A DNA stretch of 64,000 nt, taken from the IMG/VR virus record IMGVR_UViG_3300045988_156843, one strand, 5' to 3'. Position numbers and translations under genes: made by a program. Within the stretch, counting starts at the first letter, position 1. The number at the start of each line of letters is the position of its first letter. Shown in pieces: positions 45,301 to 53,088 of the stretch. The notes below the pieces were generated by a model. The model saw nothing but the letters and a program-made list of their open reading frames with translations, did no database searches and was not told where the DNA came from. Source of the DNA: a virus.

Positions 45301-47337
45301 GGCAATACAACAGAAGCTAATTGGGTTAAGACTACTTTATTAAGTGCTCTTAACTACAATAACTATGCACCATCTAAAACCGGATTAGGTGCTAGTGGCA
45401 CATGGAATATTAATGTATCAGGATCAGCAGCCTCAGTTGCATGGGTAAATGTTTCCAATAAACCTAATTTTGCAGCAGTTGCAACTTCCGGTTCATATAA
45501 TGACTTAACTAATAAACCTACAATTACAAATATAACAGTTGACTCAGCCTTATCGACTACTAGCACTAATCCATTGCAAAATAAAATTATCACTACTGCA
45601 CTAAATGGCAAGCAAGCAAATCTTGTTTCGGGAACAAATATTAAGACTGTAGGAGGACAGAGTCTACTTGGAAGTGGTAATATTGCATTTCCTACAATAA
45701 CTGTTGATTCTGCTTTAAGTTCCACTTCAACGAATCCTTTGCAAAACAAGGTAATTAATAGTCAATTTGAATCTGTTACTACAGGAATGCAGTTAATTAT
45801 GAATTTATACAATGAGATTAAAACAAGTGCTTTAACCTCTTCTAGTGTTGTTACGTCTATTACTACAGAAAATAGTGATAGTACATCACTAGTAACATCT
45901 GTTAAATCCGTTGTTAGCTATATAAGTGATAATTTAATTGATCCTATAACTCCTATACTTACGGCTTATCTAACTCAAAATACCAAAAATGGTATGTTGA
46001 TTTTGGATTCAAATGGTAAAGTTCCTAGCAATTTATTGCCGGGCACATTGTTAACATTAGGAACAACATCTACTACGGCTTTTAGAGGTGATTATGGTAA
46101 CATCTTATTTACTAACTTTGGATCGGGAACAAATCTAACAGGTACTCAGCGTGCTAGAAACTTCTTTGGAAAAATTGATGTTTCTAATTTACATTTCTTA
46201 TCAGGTGGTTATACTTGGACACAAACAGATTCAGAAATAGAAATAGAATTTGAACAATATAATTTTACTGGTACTAAAAGTACATCCTCTCCTTTGATTA
46301 ATTTCCCAATAGCTACAACAGCGAAAGCCGGACTACTTGGAGGAGATCAATGCTCTTATTTAGTTTCTCTTAATACCGAATACAATAATATAGCAAATAA
46401 AGCAAATTATATAAAGGCTAGAAAGTTTTTTGGTAGCATAAATACCTCTACTGAATATTATTTAACTTCAGCTATAACTTTAAGTACTGATGCAAATGTG
46501 ATCGATATTGAGTTTCCTAAACATAATTTTGATGGAAGCAATGAAGAATATGAATATATCACTCTTCCTGCTGTTACATTAAATAACGCAGGAATATTAA
46601 CATCTACCCAATTTACTAATTTATCAAATAAACAGGAGAAATTAGTTTCCGGCACAAGTATCAAAACCATCAATGGGCAATCATTATTGGGAAGTGGTAA
46701 TATTAATATTTCAGGTGGGGGATTGAACTCATATACAACTACTCTTGATATTTTTAATATATCAAATGGTCGAACTATTACTTCTACAGAATTTGCAGAA
46801 GTAGGAAGAATTGTGACGGCTGTAAGAGAAGGAAAACAAATATTATATAACTATCAGGTGGCTGAATTTGGTACAGGAGTATTAAACTGCCATTTAGCGG
46901 ATGATTTAACTTGTCTATCATGGGTAGTTACAAGTTATACTGATACTGAAATATTCTATATCGATCCAACATTATCTACTGATAAATGGGCAAGAATATC
47001 ATTAGTAAAATCAGATTTTTCAAATATAACTTCCAAATCCTTCGGCTCCTCATCAAGTTACTACAAGCTTCCGGATGGGTTGCTGATTCAGTGGGGGTAT
47101 AGCACTAATTCAGGTATAGGCAAAGTGATATATTATCCAATATCCTTTTTTAATACTTATTACTCTGTGCATTTAACTGGAACTAGATCTGTACACAGTA
47201 ATTACATATATTCTTTTGATATATATACTAAAAGTGTAAGCTCTTTCACAATGGATTCCGTTTATCAGAACGTTGATTCAGATGCCGGAGGATTTAGCAT
47301 AGCTTTTTACTGGTTTGCTATTGGTAGATGGAAGTAA
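42370..47337 (+). CDS. long tail fibre with invertible C-terminal tip
   Basis: 1655 aa with repeated VDSALSTTSxNPxQNxVIT and LVSGTxIKTxNxxSxxGSGN modules. The C-terminal ...LPDGLLIQWG...W.AIG.WK tip is like common phage fibre tip domains. Confidence 0.8.
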   Translation: MADIPGTNVASMITPFTTQDIIATHSETYGQGGYRSEKTVADMNAIIASRRKEGMIVHVLDEDKDYILKDGKFVVKTSEVIVDSALSTTSLNPVQNKVITNALDSKQNSLVSGTSIKTINSVSLLGSGNINIPVITVDSATSSTSTNPLQNRVITASITDINTKLTPISTAWNKKNTANGFLVLDTAGLVPSSNLPSYVDDVLDVYATYDQSATGTISNVKLYTDSSKTIAVVPETGKIYIDVSSGKPPYQFRWSGTAYVTLNTGGLIIGTISGTAFDGGKGQELYSEYAGSRKTIYQRAYSFFNAITPASDKFMQNISASYTATAISLTKAYKNFAGTSSSESLTINAATTSNAGVMSAADKTKLDSYQASTGATPNSIAKRDENGDLTMRYPITNAGVDNSSSIDYVVYISNSATKFMRHCSLSHFTDVMRLVTTTSRGLMSPADKKKLEDIDTEKFLRKDIDDIANGNITFNNGIYVKGSYANLQSIFEQGGNSILEQGENGIIETAETQAAPTDITLADLANVDGTVNEPAYKRMILTKLAGATTWTQEYIDPLIEITEAPSNNLYYARRNKAWVNFTPFSGNYSDLSGKPTIPTKLANPYALTFSGAVTATYDGSGAVNVNIPVGGGGGGGSVIVDSSLSTTSVNPVQNRVITNAINNANSSIQTNADNIEAIMAIIANIPSISIDTALSTTSTNAVQNKVITAALNSKQNTLVSGTNIKTINSQSIVGSGNVNLTYSFSQITSKPTTLSGYGISDAYTMTQVNNAFVSLSGNVIRTSGKLSMAADVFADDGSTGGLDMRNSNIVGVNGIYFKDASDSDGEYINFYRDSTHVDSLYALNGELRFKPNRVLGAITTASNIILHTGNYTSYVPTKTGTGATGTWAISITGTAELSKATNLINGSYTGSGGKQPPSYIPSGKIRFNMMNTVVGTDSNYKDFILMDSYTGNDVPYVTAIGVRKTSTPEAYIMSGAKGNTTEANWVKTTLLSALNYNNYAPSKTGLGASGTWNINVSGSAASVAWVNVSNKPNFAAVATSGSYNDLTNKPTITNITVDSALSTTSTNPLQNKIITTALNGKQANLVSGTNIKTVGGQSLLGSGNIAFPTITVDSALSSTSTNPLQNKVINSQFESVTTGMQLIMNLYNEIKTSALTSSSVVTSITTENSDSTSLVTSVKSVVSYISDNLIDPITPILTAYLTQNTKNGMLILDSNGKVPSNLLPGTLLTLGTTSTTAFRGDYGNILFTNFGSGTNLTGTQRARNFFGKIDVSNLHFLSGGYTWTQTDSEIEIEFEQYNFTGTKSTSSPLINFPIATTAKAGLLGGDQCSYLVSLNTEYNNIANKANYIKARKFFGSINTSTEYYLTSAITLSTDANVIDIEFPKHNFDGSNEEYEYITLPAVTLNNAGILTSTQFTNLSNKQEKLVSGTSIKTINGQSLLGSGNINISGGGLNSYTTTLDIFNISNGRTITSTEFAEVGRIVTAVREGKQILYNYQVAEFGTGVLNCHLADDLTCLSWVVTSYTDTEIFYIDPTLSTDKWARISLVKSDFSNITSKSFGSSSSYYKLPDGLLIQWGYSTNSGIGKVIYYPISFFNTYYSVHLTGTRSVHSNYIYSFDIYTKSVSSFTMDSVYQNVDSDAGGFSIAFYWFAIGRWK
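42613..45759 (+). repeat. six in-frame copies of a 57-nt fibre module
   Basis: VDSALSTTS.NP.QN.VIT-type copies at 42613-42669, 42778-42834, 44287-44343, 44437-44493, 45538-45594 and 45703-45759. They are conserved at the protein level but diverged in nucleotide sequence. Confidence 0.8.
47026..47097. repeat. left 72-bp inverted repeat of the invertible fibre-tip segment
   Basis: Identical to the reverse complement of 47581-47652 at 72/72 positions. It encodes ITSKSFGSSSSYYKLPDGLLIQWG in frame. Confidence 0.95.
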
Positions 47338-47580
47338 TTATTTCCAATTACCTATAGCTAACCATGTGAAATTCCATGCTGTTTCATTAACATTGCCGCC
47401 TTGTGCTATATATCTAGTTAAAACAGAAAACGAAGAACCTGATCTAGAGTAAAACATAGGAGAATATACGATTTTTTCCGTTTGATTAACAGCTTCTCCC
47501 GTGAATTGTATAGTATAATATGCAGTTTTAAAAGTAGTAGGCATATATATAGTTTTAATACCTGCTCCACCTGCAATTGT
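47098..47580. mobile_element. invertible segment carrying two tail-to-tail fibre-tip cassettes
   Basis: 483 bp between perfect inverted repeats. It holds the expressed tip (47098-47337) and a silent antiparallel tip (47580-47338) with zero spacer. Confidence 0.7.
47338..47580 (-). other. silent alternative fibre C-terminal cassette (80 aa)
   Basis: In frame with the right inverted repeat and has no ATG (the track start is a TTG inside the repeat). A TAA lies two codons upstream of the repeat. Homologous to the active tip (TIYMPTTF.. vs VIYYPISF.., FTWLAIGNWK vs FYWFAIGRWK). Confidence 0.75.
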
Positions 47581-47652
47581 CCCCCACTGAATCAGCAACC
47601 CATCCGGAAGCTTGTAGTAACTTGATGAGGAGCCGAAGGATTTGGAAGTTAT
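47581..47652. repeat. right 72-bp inverted repeat
   Basis: Reverse complement of 47026-47097, 72/72. Confidence 0.95.
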
Positions 47653-47687
47653 GAATTAAAATAGTATTTTTACAAAAAATATGAGAA

Positions 47688-48242
47688 ATGATGTATTGGA
47701 AACAAGGCTTTTACGATGAACCTGTAGAGGGAAGCCTAGAAATAACAGATGAATACTGGCGAGAGCTTTTGACTGGGCAGGAGAATGGTTTGGAAATCCA
47801 TGAAGATTCTAATGGGTATCCAATGCTGAGACAACATGTATATACTTTAGAAGAAGCAGTACAAATGAAGGAAATAGAAATTAATGCTTATGACTCTTCT
47901 GACAAGGTAAACTGTTTTATACTTGATGGGGAATCCGGATGGCTTAATAAAGCAGATCGAGCAGGATTAATCAACTCTATTAACATAGAAAAAGATGCAG
48001 GAAGAACCGAAACAAAAATTTGGTTTAACAATAAAAAACATCCTCTTCCAGTAGATTTTGCTTTAGATATGATTAAAAAAATAGAATTATACGCTATTGA
48101 CTGCAATGATACGACTGAAGAGCATTTGGCTATTATAAAAGAATTTGCTACTGTTCAACAAGTACAGACATTTGATGTTACTAAAGATTATCCTGAAATA
48201 TTAACGTTTAAAAGTAAAAAAGATGAAGAAAGTATTTTATAA
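47688..48242 (+). CDS. tail fibre assembly protein-like (DUF4376-like)
   Basis: 184 aa directly after the fibre. The central/C-terminal region resembles DUF4376 of fibre assembly proteins as I recall it; unverified. Confidence 0.4.
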   Translation: MMYWKQGFYDEPVEGSLEITDEYWRELLTGQENGLEIHEDSNGYPMLRQHVYTLEEAVQMKEIEINAYDSSDKVNCFILDGESGWLNKADRAGLINSINIEKDAGRTETKIWFNNKKHPLPVDFALDMIKKIELYAIDCNDTTEEHLAIIKEFATVQQVQTFDVTKDYPEILTFKSKKDEESIL

Positions 48243-48654
48243 CTCATGGTTAGCTAAGGCTATCTTATTTCCACAGTTTTCTACAATTACTATTATGGCT
48301 TGGGTATTTACTAAATATCGTTCCCTTAAACAAGCCGTTATTAATCATGAATGCACACATGCTCGTCAATGGACTGAATTAGCTATTGCTTCAGGAATAC
48401 TGATTTGGCTTGGAATATTGATCTTTGGTTATTCGGCATGGTATTTATTATTTGCGGCAGTAGTCTTTTATATTTGGTATGGCTTAGAATATGGGATTCG
48501 TTTTTTGATTTCTACTATTTTAGATGATGGGTGTACGGCACATGATATATATAAAAGCGTTTCTTTTGAACAAGAAGCCCGTTTTTCTGAGGAAGATAAT
48601 AATTATCTAGAAAATAGCAATTATTTCGCATGGACTAAATTTTTATTTAAATAA
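48223..48654 (+). CDS. membrane protein with HExxH..Q motif
   Basis: INHECTHARQW is followed by two TM helices (LAIASGILIWLGILIFGY and LLFAAVVFYIWYGL). Zincin-like, reminiscent of DUF4157. Confidence 0.4.
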   Translation: MKKVFYNSWLAKAILFPQFSTITIMAWVFTKYRSLKQAVINHECTHARQWTELAIASGILIWLGILIFGYSAWYLLFAAVVFYIWYGLEYGIRFLISTILDDGCTAHDIYKSVSFEQEARFSEEDNNYLENSNYFAWTKFLFK

Positions 48655-48660
48655 TACATA

Positions 48661-50610
48661 ATGGCATATACATATGACAGTGGAGTAGAAAGAGCAGTCT
48701 ACTCCACAAAAAAAACAGGAAGAATATTGCCAAACGGGGCAGCAGAGATGACTGAGGATTTTGATTCCGGTTTTTCCGGTCATGGCTTTAAAATATGGAA
48801 GACAGACGATGGATTTTATAAGATTGAAGCTGATGAATTAATGATTAGAAAATCATTAACAGCATTTGAACTTATCATTTCTCAGATACGTGCCATTAGA
48901 GGAAGTTATGCGATTACTCAAGGAAATGCGAAAATTAAGCATGTTGATACTTATACAGAAGGAGGTAAAGGGTATTATCGTATTGAAATAGAAGATGAGG
49001 TAAATACTATATTTGAACATGATTTTATTCGCTGCCAAAAAGGGAATAAGGAATATCATGTAGAAGTATCTAGCGTACATCAAGGTTATATTAATGTTCT
49101 TATGAGTGAATTTACTTCAGGATCAGATGGTGTTGTGGTAAATCCTCCGGAAGCAGGAGATGAAATTGTACAGTTTGGTAATTCTTCTAGAGATGCTGCA
49201 TACGCTAACCGACATTCGGCTATTTATATGTCTGTAGACAATGGTGAGCCTAAAATTGATTTAATGACTAACATCTATACAAAAAATTGGGATGATACAT
49301 TAAAGGTACGTATAGGTGGAGATCTGCCCGGTACAGATGGAGAACGAGGATTCTTTGCTGTTAATGGAAAACTTATGGGTGTAGATGAAGCCGGAGAAAC
49401 AGTATATCAGATTAATCCTGATGGTAGTGGTTTTTTTGCTAGAGGTAAATTTTCGTGGACAGCAGATGGTGCTCCTTCTTTCTCAGGCAGTATATTCCTT
49501 CGAATAGATAATAATAATGTATGGAGAGTAACTGAAAACGGAGAGAATATCATTGGTAATGAAGATGGGCAAAGAATAGTTATAAGTCCATCTGATGCAT
49601 CAATGACTTTTTTTAATGCGGAAGGAAATGCTGTTGCTATATATGATGGTAAAACACAAGAAAATCCGGAAGATTTTTTTTCTTCTTCTATTCCAACAAT
49701 AACTATTACAACTCTACCATTCTCAGCAGAAAGTTCTTCTTCTATAAATTATGGAACAATAGTAATATCCAAACCATTTCAAACTACAGCAGCAATTAAT
49801 ATGACATGCAATTTTAATATCTCAGTTAGTCATATGTATGCTGATGAATATATATGGTTTAACCTTAATGTTAAAACATATTCAGATTCAAGTTTGAAAA
49901 ATCTTATTAGTACAAAAAAAATATATGGAGAGACATATGGAAGTGGTAGTAATCCTTCTTATAATATTACTAGAGATGTAATATTGACAGAAATAGGATA
50001 TAATGTTATCTCATTTGATCTTAGATTTATGGTAGGATATCAAAGTAGTGTGTCTTTCTCTATGAATAGTTTAACTCCTATAGTTACTGCAAATAAATAC
50101 ATTTCAAATTACTTTGCAAATGGATTGATTTTAGGTACTTCAGGGAATAATAAATTTGTTGTTTATAATGGAGAACAAGGCGGACTACCCACAATACGTT
50201 TTAATGCAGAAAATTCGCTATTTGGATTAGGATTTAGCAGATATGGAATAATGACTAAAAGAAATGGCTTTTGGGGTATGATGCCAAGCATTATAAGTTG
50301 TGGATTAATTCAGACTGAAGGAAGTTATTATCGTTTTGCTCATTTTTCATCTTATGATAATAATATACCTTCATTATCTAAATCATCTACAGGAATGGTA
50401 ACATTAACAATTCCAAGCGATTGGGATCAAGATCAAGTAAATGATACTAGTTGTTATATATTAACGACACCGAGGATTAGGCCTTCATATAGACAAATTT
50501 ATGTTTCAGCAAATTGGGATAACTCTACAAAGAAAATTTATTTTTATATAAAAGTTGACAATAGTACTTATTATGATGGAGATTTTTATTTTGAAATAAA
50601 ACGTTATTAA
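48661..50610 (+). CDS. tail-associated structural protein
   Basis: 649-aa last gene of the fibre operon, followed by a terminator. Contains three 8-nt homopolymers. Confidence 0.45.
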   Translation: MAYTYDSGVERAVYSTKKTGRILPNGAAEMTEDFDSGFSGHGFKIWKTDDGFYKIEADELMIRKSLTAFELIISQIRAIRGSYAITQGNAKIKHVDTYTEGGKGYYRIEIEDEVNTIFEHDFIRCQKGNKEYHVEVSSVHQGYINVLMSEFTSGSDGVVVNPPEAGDEIVQFGNSSRDAAYANRHSAIYMSVDNGEPKIDLMTNIYTKNWDDTLKVRIGGDLPGTDGERGFFAVNGKLMGVDEAGETVYQINPDGSGFFARGKFSWTADGAPSFSGSIFLRIDNNNVWRVTENGENIIGNEDGQRIVISPSDASMTFFNAEGNAVAIYDGKTQENPEDFFSSSIPTITITTLPFSAESSSSINYGTIVISKPFQTTAAINMTCNFNISVSHMYADEYIWFNLNVKTYSDSSLKNLISTKKIYGETYGSGSNPSYNITRDVILTEIGYNVISFDLRFMVGYQSSVSFSMNSLTPIVTANKYISNYFANGLILGTSGNNKFVVYNGEQGGLPTIRFNAENSLFGLGFSRYGIMTKRNGFWGMMPSIISCGLIQTEGSYYRFAHFSSYDNNIPSLSKSSTGMVTLTIPSDWDQDQVNDTSCYILTTPRIRPSYRQIYVSANWDNSTKKIYFYIKVDNSTYYDGDFYFEIKRY

Positions 50611-50614
50611 CAGA

Positions 50615-50638
50615 AAAGGGAGCTTAATTGCTCCCTTT
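50615..50638. terminator. bidirectional terminator between convergent operons
   Basis: aaagggagc-ttaatt-gctcccttt forms a perfect 9-bp stem. Confidence 0.65.
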
Positions 50639-50643
50639 CTTAT

Positions 50644-51117
50644 TTAGTCCAATTTATTGATTCTTCCAATATATGGTTTTTCCGGTTTCGTCTTTTTGGG
50701 CACTACTTTATTTTTCTTCTTAGCCTCCCTCTCAGCGTCTAGTTCTGCTTTCAAAGCTAGAATCTCGGACTTTTTAAAACCGATCTTCTGATTGCGGAAC
50801 TTATGCTGTTTAATACCCTTTTTCTTCATGAGATTACTGAAGCCAACTCTATTAGAAGAATAATGAAGTATTCGCATGGCAGAATCGTAGTTAAGAAAAT
50901 CATCTTCTCGTACATATTCGCTGTTTACTTTTTCAATACTATTAATTGCTTGTGCTAAATCGTTATCACTGCAATCCTCCGTAAATATGTCAAAGAGTCT
51001 AGAGAAAAGAGTTTCAAATAGAAACTTCTTAATACCGGATAGCTTTCCGATCTCATCTTTGACTAAATCATATGCCTCAGCCTTAATATTTGCAATCTTA
51101 TTTGAACTTGTACTCAT
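50644..51117 (-). CDS. HTH (excisionase/MerR-like) DNA-binding protein candidate
   Basis: The C-terminal half (LNYDSAMRILHYSSNRVGFSNLMKKKGIKQHKF..IGFKKSEI) resembles HTH_17-type domains. The track start at 51165 is TTG; ATG is at 51117. Confidence 0.35.
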   Translation of the reverse strand: MSTSSNKIANIKAEAYDLVKDEIGKLSGIKKFLFETLFSRLFDIFTEDCSDNDLAQAINSIEKVNSEYVREDDFLNYDSAMRILHYSSNRVGFSNLMKKKGIKQHKFRNQKIGFKKSEILALKAELDAEREAKKKNKVVPKKTKPEKPYIGRINKLD

Positions 51118-51484
51118 AATTCTTTTTCTCTTTTTTAAGTTTACGAACTTTTCTAAAATGAGCAATACCGAGTATTACTGTAATTATTATAGAAACTATC
51201 CATGTAGATGTTACTAACCAAAGATAAATTTCCGTATTAGGAATAATATCATATGCATTGTCAATGCAAGCTATAGAGTCAGTAAATACCATATTAACTG
51301 GAATAGCTCTTGCAAACTTACAATGGAATTTCTTATCTTCCGATGCAAGTAGAAATAGACAATAATCCAATAAAATGACGTACCAGTCAGCGTTGATTAA
51401 TACACCATTCCATGCATTTATATACACTACAATCATGTATATAGCAATAAAGAAAATCGTAAATCGAACTATAATTCTATTCAT
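51098..51484 (-). CDS. multi-pass membrane protein
   Basis: Four hydrophobic segments in 128 aa. Confidence 0.45.
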   Translation of the reverse strand: MNRIIVRFTIFFIAIYMIVVYINAWNGVLINADWYVILLDYCLFLLASEDKKFHCKFARAIPVNMVFTDSIACIDNAYDIIPNTEIYLWLVTSTWIVSIIITVILGIAHFRKVRKLKKEKKNYEYKFK

Positions 51485-51538
51485 TACTTCTTTTTATTTA
51501 CTACTAGTACAACCTTTTCGGTTAATAATCCCGGAGCC

Positions 51539-51934
51539 TTACTTCTTAGCTTCGGTTTTATTGCAGCCGAAGATTTGTTTTTCTTGACTACCTTCGTGGT
51601 TGTCTTTATCCGAACCGCTTTGGTCATTGTTATATTCCAAATTAATTAATAAATCTATAAAATGTTTTGCTTTCTTCAAGTCTTCAAGTCCATTTTTATC
51701 TCTGAACCTCGTAATATACTTAACCACACTTCCTTGAAAAAAATCAAGTTTATTAGCATGAATGTACTCTATTGGTTGGATTGCATATTTTTTATAATGT
51801 GTGCCTCCTTCTTGGTAGTTTAAAGATTCTATATATTCAACATTTGCATTCGGATGATCAGGATATATCCATCCACCCGGAAATGGAGTTACAGAGCTTT
51901 CACTCCATATTTTCTGTTCCTTCTTGTTTCCCAT
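51539..51934 (-). CDS. DUF3310-family protein
   Basis: GGTHYKKYAIQPIEYIHANKLDFFQGSVVKYITRFRDKNGLEDLKKAKHFIDLLI matches the DUF3310 signature (HY..i.pi.yi....f..gn.iKY..R...K.g..DL.KA.hy). Confidence 0.75.
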   Translation of the reverse strand: MGNKKEQKIWSESSVTPFPGGWIYPDHPNANVEYIESLNYQEGGTHYKKYAIQPIEYIHANKLDFFQGSVVKYITRFRDKNGLEDLKKAKHFIDLLINLEYNNDQSGSDKDNHEGSQEKQIFGCNKTEAKK

Positions 51935-52529
51935 TTTCTTCCTTTATAGCTTCTTTTTTGAAATCTTCAATAGCTGAAACAACATTGTTAAATTCTGTAT
52001 CTTCTTCAGGAGTTTCATCCTGTAATGGTGTTTCTAATTTTTCAATAAAAAAATCATTTTGTTTTTGAGCAATATAAGTAGCGATATCTAACCAAAATTT
52101 GTCATCGCAAAAGCATATTAATGGAGTCATAATAATACTCATTGTTGCATTAAAAAAAACAGAAAAAGTATCCTTTTCTTCATCGGATAATTCACTATTA
52201 TTTTCATGAGTATTTATGATAAATTTCAGTTGCCCATATAATGTCTGTTGCATCGGATAAACTACCATTTCAAATCCGGCAACCTTTACAACAATACAAT
52301 TTTTCATTAAGATCAACTTAAAATGCCCAAAATCATACTCTTTTACTATATCATCTATTTGAAGATATACTAAAGTAGGCTTAATGTCTAATTGACCTTT
52401 AATGGAAATTATATCATTAATTAATTTCTCTGCATGATGAGCATCATTACAAAGCACCTTTAACTTTTGAATTTTTGATTTAAAAGTCTTCTGCAGGTTT
52501 TCCCGATTTGTTGTCTCCTTCTGTTTCAT
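51900..52529 (-). CDS. hypothetical protein
   Basis: 209-aa ORF in the minus-strand early array; no motif recognised. Confidence 0.45.
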   Translation of the reverse strand: MKQKETTNRENLQKTFKSKIQKLKVLCNDAHHAEKLINDIISIKGQLDIKPTLVYLQIDDIVKEYDFGHFKLILMKNCIVVKVAGFEMVVYPMQQTLYGQLKFIINTHENNSELSDEEKDTFSVFFNATMSIIMTPLICFCDDKFWLDIATYIAQKQNDFFIEKLETPLQDETPEEDTEFNNVVSAIEDFKKEAIKEENGKQEGTENME

Positions 52530-53088
52530 TTTCTATTTCTGATTTATTTTCTTCTACTACTCCTTCTTTTTCTTCTTCATCATTTTTTTCTTTAGAAGAA
52601 ATAACTTCAGAGGTTTTAGATATTTCCGGTTCAAACTGACCTAGCTGATATGCATTCATTGTACGCCATGTATTCATACGGGTAATCTGTTCTTTAATAC
52701 AGCATTTAAGGAAATATTTCTTGACTTCTTCTTTTTTCATGGCATTAACTTCTGCCTCATTCATATCCGGATTTCGGCTAAGAATAAAATCAATCATGTC
52801 CTTTTTATTCTTTACTTCCGGAATGTATTTTTCAGTAAGGTATACATATGGATATATTCCGAGTAATTCATGATATACTCCTACTCCTCCGATTTCTTTT
52901 AAAACTCGGACTTCATCGTATGAAAACAAATCATGTTCAGCTATGGCATAGTCGATTTTTCCTGTTTTACGCAGTATCTTTACTATGGCTTTAACCCATG
53001 TTTTATCCGGATTATTAATTTCCGGTAATTGCGGCAATTTTGCCGTTGTCAACATCTCAAATAGAGATTCTTCTGTTACATTTCTCAT
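52480..53088 (-). CDS. hypothetical protein with long acidic tail ending in Phe
   Basis: 202 aa, ending ...EEEKEGVVEENKSEIENETEGDNKSGKPAEDF. Confidence 0.45.
   Translation of the reverse strand: MRNVTEESLFEMLTTAKLPQLPEINNPDKTWVKAIVKILRKTGKIDYAIAEHDLFSYDEVRVLKEIGGVGVYHELLGIYPYVYLTEKYIPEVKNKKDMIDFILSRNPDMNEAEVNAMKKEEVKKYFLKCCIKEQITRMNTWRTMNAYQLGQFEPEISKTSEVISSKEKNDEEEKEGVVEENKSEIENETEGDNKSGKPAEDF

Noticed and set aside
47026-47097. gix/hix-type crossover site for a Gin/Hin invertase inside the 72-bp repeat
   Set aside because: Only a weak resemblance was found (TTCCAAATCC vs the TTCCTGTAAACC half-site), and there is no dyad AAACC-NN-GGTTT core. This is not enough to assign a recombinase class.
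47338-47598. 86-aa minus-strand ORF as an independent gene
   Set aside because: Its start is a TTG inside the inverted repeat. A stop closes the frame two codons upstream of the repeat, and it is a homologue of the fibre terminus. It is better explained as a silent invertible cassette.
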